A stretch of 64,000 nucleotides of DNA from an uncultured virus (IMG/VR IMGVR_UViG_3300033074_002160) (Duplodnaviria > Heunggongvirae > Uroviricota > Caudoviricetes), in the IMG/VR virus record IMGVR_UViG_3300033074_002160; one strand, written 5' to 3'. The notes below the pieces were generated by a model. That model saw nothing but the letters and a program-made list of their open reading frames with translations. It did no database searches and had not been told where the DNA came from. A program made the position numbers and the translations under genes. Below are positions 8,351-16,955 of this stretch, in pieces (the stretch's first letter is position 1; the number at the start of each line of letters is the position of its first letter).

Positions 8351-9349
8351 TTGGCTCTCCCCTCTTTGCACGTCGAGTCGTTCCGCGACTACATGATGAA
8401 CGTGCGATCCCCGAACACCGCGAAGAAGTACGCGGAGGGGGCTCTCAAGTTCCTCGGCTTCCTCGCGCAGAACGGCGTGCGCTTCGATCGCATGCCGCCG
8501 CACATCCTGAGCCTGTTCTCCGAGCACCTCGTCCACCGTCGCATGAGCCCGTCGTCCGTCGTCGTCTACGTCGCCGCCGCGAAGCGGTTCCTGCAGTGGT
8601 CCAAGAACCGAGGCGACACGAACATCGAACTGGCCGCGCAGCTCGACCTCCCGAAGATCACGAAGAAGTTGCCGAACGCGCTGCACCAAGATCACTTGCG
8701 TGCGTTCATCGCCCTCGCGTCGAAGGAGCCCGAGCCGAAGCGTTCCGCGCTCTTGCTCCTCCCGTTCTGCGGCCTGCGAACGGGCGAGCTCCTCTCCCTC
8801 ACGGTGCAGTCCCTTACCCGCGTGCAGGCGGCCGTCGACAAGAGTAACCCCACGAAGAAGACCGAGTTTCTGTGCCTCGAGGTGCGCGGCAAGGGCGGAG
8901 ACATGCGCGTCGTGCCGCTCTTGCCCGACGGCGCTCCCATCCTCGTCTCGTACCTGCGCAACTGGCGCAGGCACATCCACGGCAAGTGGCTCTTCGTCTA
9001 CGAGGACGGGCACCGCATCTCGGACAGAACGCTGCGGCACGCGGCCTCGCAGATCCGCAAGAAGATCGGTCTGAAGCGCTTCACGCTCCACACCCTGCGC
9101 AGGACGTACCTGTCCACGCTGCAGCGCGCCGGGGTCGACGTCGCCACGCTGACGAAGATCGCCGGCCACAAGAGCTTCCAGACGACGATGTCCCACTACC
9201 TCGAGATCAACCCCGAAGATCTCGCCTCCTCCGTCGGACGTACCGGCGCTCGCCTCATGGAGCGCAGCGACTACTCAGCCCGCGTCGATGCCGCCACGGT
9301 CGATGCCCTCGCGTACCTCAAGAACCGCAAGCCTGGAGATCTCGAATGA
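8351..9349 (+). CDS. Tyrosine recombinase/integrase (XerC/D-like)
   Basis: SPNTAKKY N-domain; catalytic R (GLRTGEL), K (GKGG), HxxR (HTLRR), H (AGH), Y (MSHY). Confidence 0.93.
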   Translation: MALPSLHVESFRDYMMNVRSPNTAKKYAEGALKFLGFLAQNGVRFDRMPPHILSLFSEHLVHRRMSPSSVVVYVAAAKRFLQWSKNRGDTNIELAAQLDLPKITKKLPNALHQDHLRAFIALASKEPEPKRSALLLLPFCGLRTGELLSLTVQSLTRVQAAVDKSNPTKKTEFLCLEVRGKGGDMRVVPLLPDGAPILVSYLRNWRRHIHGKWLFVYEDGHRISDRTLRHAASQIRKKIGLKRFTLHTLRRTYLSTLQRAGVDVATLTKIAGHKSFQTTMSHYLEINPEDLASSVGRTGARLMERSDYSARVDAATVDALAYLKNRKPGDLE

Positions 9350-11181
9350 CCGAACAGCACACCGATCCGAACATCGACAACCTCCTCGGGGGCATGGACC
9401 CGGGGATCGCAAGCCTCATCGGAGCAGCGCCCCCTCCGCCGCCCTCGGCCATCGGGCACATCGAGATCCCGACGCTCTCCTCGAAGGAGGCCAAGGCAGC
9501 CGAGCGCGCTCTCGATCGCTCCGCCGACCAGTTCGCGCAGAACCGCATCGGCAAGACCTACATGCGGAAGTTCGGGGCCCTCGCGCAGGCCATCCCGGGC
9601 GCGGACCGCATCCGCGTCCGCAAGCGCCGTGACTCCGCGAACCTCGGCTTCGTCGGGGAGTGGAACTTCCGCGACCTGCAGAGCACGGGCGATCTCGAGG
9701 CCTTCATCGCGAAGTACGTCAAGCCCAAGCACGGGCCGGGCGAGTACGACGTGACGATCATCGACAGCATGGGCAAGGAGTTCCCCGCAGGCTCCGTGTT
9801 CATCGAGGGCGAGCCGATCGACGGCACGCGAGGGGAGGGTGGCATGGTGGATCTGGTGCGTGAGGTGATGCAGGCGAGCCGGCAGTCGGCCGCGCCGCAG
9901 GAGGACCCGATCGCCGCGATGCGCCGAGCTGCGCAGTTCGCCGAGGAGCTCAAGAAGCAGAACGGGGGCGGCTCCGACCCGATGGCGATGATGATGATGA
10001 TGCAGGCCATGGCGCCGAAGCCCCCGCCCGGGCCCGACCCGATGCTCCTGTCCGTGCTCGAGCGCCTCGCCGCCAAGGTCGAGAAGATCGAGCAGGCCGG
10101 TGCGATGGCCCCGCTGCCGCCCCTGCCCGCTCCGGCGCCCGAGAAGCCCGCGATGGACTGGATCGCCCTCGGCTCGTCCGTCGTGCTGCCCCTCCTGCAG
10201 ATGATGCAGCAGAGCCAGCAGCAGAACCTCCAGATGCTCATGGCCGCGACGCAGAGCAAGGACACGATGTCCACCAAGGACATGCTCATGCTCATGCAGG
10301 AGCAGCAGACCCGCGCCGCCGCCATGGCCTCGCAGGACAAGCTCACGACGCGCGACGTCATCGAGCTCATGCAGCGCAAGAGCGACGAGGGTCGCCCGCA
10401 GAACACCATCGAGGACCAGATGGAGGCGATGGTGAAGATGAAGGAGTTCGCCACGGCCTTCGCTCCCGCCGCGCCCCCGGGCCCGCAGGGTGCGTCGTTC
10501 TGGGACGCGCTCGTCGCGCTCGCGAGCTCGCAGGACGTCGCCGGGGCGATCTCGGACCGCCTCCGCAGCCAGCGGCAGCAGCAGATCGAAACGACGCCGG
10601 CCCTGCCCGAGCGCTCGGGCGCCCAGGTCATCCGCATGCCGCCGCGGCAGCCCTCGCCCGTCGCACAGATCCCGCAGCAGGCCCCCGCACCGCAGCAGAT
10701 CCCGCTGCCCGACCACCTCAAGGACGACTGCGCCAAGATCACCATGGCCGGTGACATGCCCTCTCGCGTGCAGGCGACCGTCGAGACCCTCTTCGCCCTG
10801 CAGAAGAGCGCCGACTTCAAGCCCTTCGTCATGGCGCTCCTCGAGGCCACCGCGAAGAACGAGACCGAGAAGACCCTCCACGGCCTCGGCCGCTGGCTCC
10901 ACATGCTCTCCGAGAACGGCCTGCTGACCCGCGAGACCGCCCTCCTCGTCATCGGCGACTTCAAGGCGAACTGGAACACGATCCGCGCGATGCTCCTCGA
11001 GCGCCTGCCCTTCCTCCGGCAGTTCGCTGGCGCAACGCCGATCGCCTCGCCCGCCCCCGCCGCGCCCGCGGCGCCGGCCGCCCCCGCGGCTCCCACGCCC
11101 CCGAGCGACCCCGAGATCCCCTCGGACGTCGACCTCTCCTACGGCGCCGAGAACGAGCTCGCCGAGCCCGCGGTTCTCTGA
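9346..11181 (+). CDS. Met/Gln/Pro-rich helical protein of unknown function (611 aa)
   Basis: ATG 9346 overlaps integrase stop, GGAGA SD; globular N- and C-domains flanking M/Q-rich helices (MAMMMMMQAM). Confidence 0.8.
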   Translation: MTEQHTDPNIDNLLGGMDPGIASLIGAAPPPPPSAIGHIEIPTLSSKEAKAAERALDRSADQFAQNRIGKTYMRKFGALAQAIPGADRIRVRKRRDSANLGFVGEWNFRDLQSTGDLEAFIAKYVKPKHGPGEYDVTIIDSMGKEFPAGSVFIEGEPIDGTRGEGGMVDLVREVMQASRQSAAPQEDPIAAMRRAAQFAEELKKQNGGGSDPMAMMMMMQAMAPKPPPGPDPMLLSVLERLAAKVEKIEQAGAMAPLPPLPAPAPEKPAMDWIALGSSVVLPLLQMMQQSQQQNLQMLMAATQSKDTMSTKDMLMLMQEQQTRAAAMASQDKLTTRDVIELMQRKSDEGRPQNTIEDQMEAMVKMKEFATAFAPAAPPGPQGASFWDALVALASSQDVAGAISDRLRSQRQQQIETTPALPERSGAQVIRMPPRQPSPVAQIPQQAPAPQQIPLPDHLKDDCAKITMAGDMPSRVQATVETLFALQKSADFKPFVMALLEATAKNETEKTLHGLGRWLHMLSENGLLTRETALLVIGDFKANWNTIRAMLLERLPFLRQFAGATPIASPAPAAPAAPAAPAAPTPPSDPEIPSDVDLSYGAENELAEPAVL

Positions 11182-11212
11182 TACGGTCCTCTCCTCTCCT
11201 TGGTGGCTCCCT

Positions 11213-11251
11213 AAGAGGCCGCGCCTGACCCGCGCGGCCTCTTCCTTTTTT
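11213..11251 (+). terminator. Rho-independent terminator
   Basis: 12-bp stem AAGAGGCCGCGC/GCGCGGCCTCTT followed by CCTTTTTT. Confidence 0.85.
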
Positions 11252-11268
11252 CTGCTAGTCTCGACGGG

Positions 11269-11994
11269 ATGAACCTCGGCGAAGTTCTCCTCGGGCTCGC
11301 GACGCTTGCCGTCGGTGTCTCCACGGCACGCAAGGGCGCCGAGCGTCTCGGCAAGGCCCTGAACAGCGGATCGGTCCCCACGTCCATGGGCCGCACGACC
11401 AAGGTCCCGCCCATCCTCAGGCGGGGCAAGCACGTCCAGACGGCCTCGGGGCTCATGCGCGTCACGACGCACGAGGTGAAGAGCCTCGACGACCGCATCG
11501 CCGCCATCGCCGAGAAGGCGAACGAGGGCAAGCTCGACCCGCGCGTGATCTCGTGGGCGCGCAAGGAGCTCTCGAAGAAGTGCCGCACGGGCGGGCCGCA
11601 GAACGGCGAGCAGTGGTGCGTCCCCGAGAAGGACACCGAGGCGGAGATCGCCGCCATCTTCAAGGCCCTCCGGCGCGACATCCGGTACACGTCCGACGTC
11701 GTCGGCGTCGACACCTACGCGCACCCGAAGCGCACGCTCGAGATGCGCGGCGGGGACTGCGACGAGAGCTCGGCAACGGCCTGCGCTGCTCTCATGGCCG
11801 TCGGCATCCCGTGCAGGTTCAAAGTCATCCGCACCAAGGGCGCCGCCTCGTGGGACCATATCTACGCGATGGCCGGCACGCCGAAGAACAACCCGACGAA
11901 GTGGATACCGGTAGACGCCTCCGTCGCGATGCCGTTCGGCTGGGAAGCGCCGCCGAGCATGGTCGCCGAAGCGAAGATCTACCCGGCGTACTGA
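11269..11994 (+). CDS. Transglutaminase-like (Cys-His-Asp) protein with N-terminal hydrophobic anchor; candidate virion maturation protease
   Basis: IRYTSD...TLEMRGGDCDE, WDHIY, WIPVDAS motifs. Confidence 0.85.
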   Translation: MNLGEVLLGLATLAVGVSTARKGAERLGKALNSGSVPTSMGRTTKVPPILRRGKHVQTASGLMRVTTHEVKSLDDRIAAIAEKANEGKLDPRVISWARKELSKKCRTGGPQNGEQWCVPEKDTEAEIAAIFKALRRDIRYTSDVVGVDTYAHPKRTLEMRGGDCDESSATACAALMAVGIPCRFKVIRTKGAASWDHIYAMAGTPKNNPTKWIPVDASVAMPFGWEAPPSMVAEAKIYPAY

Positions 11995-12002
11995 GACGTG
12001 TG

Positions 12003-12560
12003 ATGGCGGCGAGGTCTGCGGAAGAGCGTCGCGCGTACAACAAGGCGTACTACAAGAAGAACGCGACACGCCTGAAGAAGCGCTCGCGCGCGGCCAACAA
12101 GCACAAGACTGCGGAGCAACGCCAGAAGGCGCGCGAACGTGCTGCGGCGTGGTATCGCGCCAACAAGAAGCGGGCCCACGCCGCGATGAAGAAGTGGGCG
12201 TGGGAGCACCCAGAGAAGGTGCGCGCCTACCACAAGAAGGTCTTGGCCGACAACCCCGGCAGGCGGGCCTACCATCACTGCCTGCGCCGCTCGCGGGAAC
12301 TGCAGTCCGATCCGCCAGACGTCGCGCACCTCACAGCGCTCTCTCAAACTGGGCACTGCTTCTACTGCAACGTCGCGCTGCTGCAGGTCGCGGCGAGGCC
12401 GTACAACCCGCAGCGCTGCACCGTCGATCACAAGATCCCCGTGTCTCGCGGCGGCACCAACGCGAGGGACAACCTCGTCGCGGCCTGCGCCCGCTGCAAC
12501 TTCCGCAAGGGTCGGAAGACGGTCGAGGAGTTCGCCGTCTACCTCACAGCCGCCACCTGA
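12003..12560 (+). CDS. HNH endonuclease
   Basis: CFYC...TVDHKIPVSRGGTNARDNLVAACARCNFRKG with basic N-terminal helical repeats. Confidence 0.92.
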   Translation: MAARSAEERRAYNKAYYKKNATRLKKRSRAANKHKTAEQRQKARERAAAWYRANKKRAHAAMKKWAWEHPEKVRAYHKKVLADNPGRRAYHHCLRRSRELQSDPPDVAHLTALSQTGHCFYCNVALLQVAARPYNPQRCTVDHKIPVSRGGTNARDNLVAACARCNFRKGRKTVEEFAVYLTAAT

Positions 12561-13122
12561 AGCAGTGCTTCCCCGGGCTCACGCGACGCTCGAGCCCGAG
12601 CTCACGCATCTGCGCTGACGTCCTCGACACGGTGCTCTTGCGCGAGACGCGGCGGCCCTCTGCGTCGACCCAGTAGGGCTCGGGCTTGGTGAGCCCGCAG
12701 TACTCGGCGTTCGTCGCCTTGTAGATCTGCCCCGTGTGCTTCTGCGCCGTGTCGGCGAAGGTGAGCACCGTGTCGTACTTCCCGTCCTTGCGTAGCTGCC
12801 GCAGCGACGCGCCGATCAGCATCGACTCGACGTTCGTCGGCTCGGTCGGGAGCACCACGAGCCGCGAGAGCACCACGACCTTCTTCGGGTCGCTCTTCGC
12901 ATGCTTCTTCGCAGCCGGCGGCAGCGGCGGCAGGAACAGCGCCGCACCCACGACCTCGCCGCCACGCTTCACGCACACGCCGAACGACCGGTGCGACGAA
13001 CTGCCCGCGTAGTGGAGCTTCGCGACGAGGTCTCGAGCCACCTTGCGCTCGTCCTTGCCGCAGACCTCGAAGGTGTAGTCCTCACGCCGCGCGGCGTTCG
13101 CCGGCTTGTACCGTGGCTTCAC
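12544..13122 (-). CDS. mom: Mom-family (GNAT-fold) adenine modification enzyme
   Basis: HY..., LSRL, N.ES.LI..SL..L, LTFAD..Q.H.G.IYKATN..Y.G signature of phage Mu Mom homologues. Confidence 0.8.
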   Translation of the reverse strand: MKPRYKPANAARREDYTFEVCGKDERKVARDLVAKLHYAGSSSHRSFGVCVKRGGEVVGAALFLPPLPPAAKKHAKSDPKKVVVLSRLVVLPTEPTNVESMLIGASLRQLRKDGKYDTVLTFADTAQKHTGQIYKATNAEYCGLTKPEPYWVDAEGRRVSRKSTVSRTSAQMRELGLERRVSPGKHCFRWRL

Positions 13123-13743
13123 AGAACCACCTTCGCCGCGCACTCCAGCGCCTGCGCCTCGCGCACGTAGGGCTCGAAGGTGACCACGACGTGCCCACGG
13201 TCACGCTCGACGCGCTCCACGATCGGGAGCTTGGCGAACGCCTCCGCGTAGGCTGCCGCCTCGCGCGCGTCTGCGAAGTCGTGCTCGATGCAGATCGCAT
13301 CGACGACCATCACGAAGTCCGTCACTCCGACCTCGGTGGGATCCGCCGGTCGAGCTCCTCACAGGCCGCCCAGTAGAGGTGATTGTCGCCCGAGATCGGA
13401 TGCGCGATGGCGCTCACGAGAGCCGACGTCGTCATGCCCCGCGCTTCCTGCTCCGCCTGTTCTGCGCGGCCCTTCTCCTGCTGCTCGTAGGTCGTCGTCA
13501 CCAGTTCACCAGCGCATCCAGGAGGGCTGAAGTGTCGCGCCACGGCACGCCATGTGTGCGTCCGCCATCGAAGGTGAGGATCAGCACGATCTTGAGCCGG
13601 ATATGCTCAGGCCAGTGGGCCTGGGGCTCCTTCGCCTCCGCCTCGAGCATCTCGTCCACCTCGTGCGCTTGCGCAGGCGCCCACGTCGCGAGGACCACCT
13701 TGTCCAGGTTCACGAACCCGCCGCCTACTCTGATGAAGCTCAT
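13119..13743 (-). CDS. Three small coupled hypothetical genes (13119-13325, 13322-~13501, 13498-13743)
   Basis: GTGA overlaps, SD motifs and GC3 bias. Confidence 0.55.
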
Positions 13744-13745
13744 CG

Positions 13746-13997
13746 CTCGATCCTCCTCGTTCCCGTCAGCGGCTGCACCGGATCACCTCGTCCTCGAACG
13801 TCGCCGGCAGGCCATGCGCGTCGATGAGGCGACGCAACTGCTTGAGATCCACGGTGAGCGTCACCTCGAACCACTGCTCGACGCAGGCGCACACGACCGC
13901 CCCGTCGCTCCGCATGCGACCGGTGCCGCCGCAGGCTGTGCATCTGGGGTTCGGGATCATCTCTCGATCCTCCTCGTTCCCGTCAGCGGCTGCACCG
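13746..13997. repeat. 35-bp perfect direct repeat (13746-13780 and 13963-13997) bracketing a 64-aa CxxC gene (13766-13960, minus)
   Basis: CTCGATCCTCCTCGTTCCCGTCAGCGGCTGCACCG twice; carries a GAGGAGG SD on the minus strand. Confidence 0.9.
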
Positions 13998-15399
13998 CGA
14001 CGCTCTCGAGCTCCTCGCCGTCTGGCCAGACGCCCTTGCGTCCCTTCGCGTGCGCCGCGCCCACGGGGCACTTCACGCACGTCGTCATGGAGTAGCGCGC
14101 CACCCCCGCGGTGCCACCGTGCTTCGAGCGCTTGTGCCTCGCGCCGCACGACTCGGGCGTGAGCGACGTACCCAGCGGGACGCACCGGAAGAGCGTGAAC
14201 GGGGCGGAGGGGAGCACCTTGAGGTGGCGCTCGGGCTTCACCGCCCCCGCCCCCCAGCGCTGCTTCCGGTGAGGGGTCTTCATCGCCGGCTCGGCAAGAG
14301 GGCGGCGAGGTCCGAGGGCTCGTCCAGGTAGGTGGCGTGTCCATTACCGTTGGACGGCGGGGCGACCTGGACAGCGTAGCCCTTGAGGAGCGCCTGCGTC
14401 GCTGCAGGTGCCTCCGGTGCGTCGGAGGGCGCATCCTGCAGCAGCGCCACCAGCGCCGTGTCCTCCACATCGTGCCCGTCGCGGTCGGCGGCCTCGATCG
14501 CAACGAAGCCATCGAGATCAGCCTCTTCGACAGCATCTTCCAAGGCTTCGCTCGCGGTGCGCTTGAGCTGGTGCTCGGCGCGCTCTCGCTCCTGCTTGGC
14601 GCTCGCGAGCAGCTCGTCGGCGCGGGCGGGCGCGACGCGGGCAGGCAGATCGTCGTACACCTCGACGCGGTCCTGCTGCCACGCGAGCGGCCCCTGCGCA
14701 CCTGCGACCATGGCGGCGGCGAGCGCCGCGTGGGTCTCGGGAGAGAGCTCGGGGGTCAGCTCGACCGCATCGATCCCCACGGGGTCGGCGACGACCCGCA
14801 GGGGCTTCTTCTTGAGCTTCTTCTTTTTCACGGGGTCTCCTTCGGTGGCTCGAACCGTTCGCACAGCTTCTCGAAGCCCTGGTTGGCCTGCCCTGCGGCC
14901 TGCTGCAGGCCCTCGAGCGTCTTCGCGTAGGCCGAGACGAGCGAGGGCTTGTCGAGGCGCGCCACGAGGTCGCCGAAGGCCGCGTAGCCCTCGACCTGCA
15001 TCGCACCCCACCCGGCCTCGGTCATGGGCAGGACGGCGGCCGAGGAGATGTAGAACTGGACCTCGCCGCGCTTCGCCGAGGCGGTGAGGGCCTCGAGGTG
15101 AAGGACGAGGGCGCGCTGCTCGGGGGTCATGTCTGCTCTCCGGGGGGTGGGAACCGGCGATTGATCTCGTTACGCGCGATGCGCTCGAGCCGCTCCTCGT
15201 AGCGGATGTAGCCATCCGACAGCGATTCCGCCGTCGCCGCTACGAGCGCGTTGAGGGCACGGTTGATCATCCCCTCCGTCTGGATGCGGAGCAGTGTCGC
15301 GGTGTCCAGGCGCTCGACGTAGGCGCGCAGTTCCGCCTCCGGTAGCATCTGCAGACGCGCGGCTGCATCGACGACCCGGACGGCCTCTTTCGTGCTCAT
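13957..15399 (-). CDS. Four coupled hypothetical genes (13957-14283 Cys-rich, 14280-14831, 14828-15130, 15127-15399)
   Basis: Consecutive ATGA/GTGA overlaps with GGAG-type SD. Confidence 0.6.
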
Positions 15400-15769
15400 G
15401 GTGTCTCCAAGGCTCGCGCCTCGCGCTCGCAGGCTCCGGCCTCGGCGTGGCAGCGGGAGCTGCGCTGCTTCTCGCCGATGCTCCACCAGTAGTCGCCGTC
15501 GGCGCGCAGTTCCTTGGCCCGAGCGCGTAGATCGGCGAGGCGCGCGACGCGACCGACCGAGCTCCACCCCTGCATCGTGATCACGCTACCTCCAAGGCTC
15601 GGGCCTCGCGCTCGAGACGCGAGGCTTCAGCGCAGTAGCGCAGGGCGGTCGTCTTGTCGCTGATGTGCCAGACCCGGTTGGCCCAGTACATCGACTCCTT
15701 CGCGGACTTGCGGAGCTCCACGATCTTCGCGATGCGCTCGACCGAGCTCCATCCCTGCATCGTGATCAC
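15396..15769 (-). CDS. Tandem duplicated 62-aa paralogues (15396-15584, 15581-15769)
   Basis: Both begin MITMQGWSSV.R.A...LR..AKE and end C.AEA...EREARALE. Confidence 0.8.
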
Positions 15770-16253
15770 GCGATCCTCCCTGTGGGTGGCGCCGGGCACT
15801 TGAAGTCGTTCATCACCTTCCGCAGCTCGAGGAAGGCGGCGTGCGAGAGGTAGTAGACGCCGAGCTCGTTGCCGCGATCGATCAGGATCTTGATGCGCTT
15901 GTCGCCTCGGTGGACGTCCACTTCGGAGATGGTGATCACTTCTTCACCTCCGCCGTCGCCTCGGCCTTCCGCATCGCCTTCGCCCACCGGATCGCCGCGC
16001 CGCGTACCCGCTTCGCCTCCGCGAGCAGCACCTCCACACGACGCTCAAGCCCGTCGATGGGGCCGTCGAGCGCCGTGATCGCAGCCTTGTAGTCGGGCCC
16101 CACGCCGGTCTTGACGTACTTGCGCTGGGCCTTGCGCAAGGTGCGCGCATCGGCGCGGATGTCGGCGAGGAGATTCTTGTGGAGATCGATCACCTCCACG
16201 AACCCACGCGCGAGCACATCGACGTCCTTGGTGACCTGCAGATCCATGCACAC
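15766..16253 (-). CDS. Two hypothetical genes (15766-15939; 15936-~16248 coiled coil), start of leftward unit
   Basis: GGAGG SDs, GTGA overlap; TTGACA on minus strand at 16288-16293. Confidence 0.6.
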
Positions 16254-16299
16254 CTCCGCCGCGCGTCATCGCAAGTCCTCGCCCCGGTGTCAAGTAATC

Positions 16300-16725
16300 C
16301 CCGCAGAAGTGCGGTTGCACAGAGCAGACACCATGTACGACACCTGCCAGGCGCGACTATCCGCAGAATGTACGACATAAGACCCTCCGCCAGAAAACGT
16401 GAGTTCGCGCACTGACGTAGATCAGTTCCAGGTCGGCCGACCGGAATGCCTGTGTGTTTCCGCACGAAAAGTTGCACATACCGCACAGAGCGTGCACAGG
16501 GGTCGAAAGTGATATCGCTCTGTGCAGGTTTTCCCTTCAAACTCAGATCTTGCACAGCAGCACATGGGAATATTATAGATATTGGACGGGGTTGTATATC
16601 CCTACCTAATGTAGTACCTATTGATATCGTTATATGCTACCTTTTCGGAAGGGTTGCCTATAACGATTTTGACCCCCCCCGTGCGCTGTGTGCACTGTGC
16701 AGTCGGATTTTGCGCCTCGCGTGAT
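16300..16725. other. Putative replication origin: AT-rich core flanked by inverted GCACA-type repeats
   Basis: Largest non-coding gap, between divergent operons and upstream of primase-helicase; AT-rich 16568-16670; GCACAG/CTGTGC motifs near 16317, 16483, 16494, 16519, 16552, 16686, 16695. Confidence 0.65.
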
Positions 16726-16818
16726 ACCTGAGGGCGGGTGTCGCGATCGCACACCCTGGTGACGGCTCTTGACACAGCCCGGCGGGCCGGGGTACGTCTC
16801 GCCTCGCACCCCCTGGAG

Positions 16819-16951
16819 GTGCGCGTTCGAGTCTCGAGTGGGGGGCGCCAGGGCCGGTTCAATGCTCCTCCGCTGACGTCCCGGGGTGCCCCTGAGCGAC
16901 CCCCACTCGAGACCCGAACGCGCGCCGCCGCCTCACGTCAGCAGCAGGAGT
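16819..16951 (+). promoter_or_regulatory. Long hairpin/pseudoknot in primase 5' UTR
   Basis: ~33-bp imperfect inverted repeat (16821-16854 / 16888-16924); loop CTCCTCCGCTGACGT complementary to ACGTCAGCAGCAGGAG containing the SD; TTGACA upstream at 16769-16774. Confidence 0.65.
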
Positions 16952-16955
16952 CAGC

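Noticed and set aside
9271..12069. Very long antisense ORFs (also 5363-7549, 23839-25686, 41750-44674, 51503-53674)
   Set aside because: Shadow ORFs of GC3-rich real genes on the other strand; Arg/Gly-rich translations with no motifs or RBS
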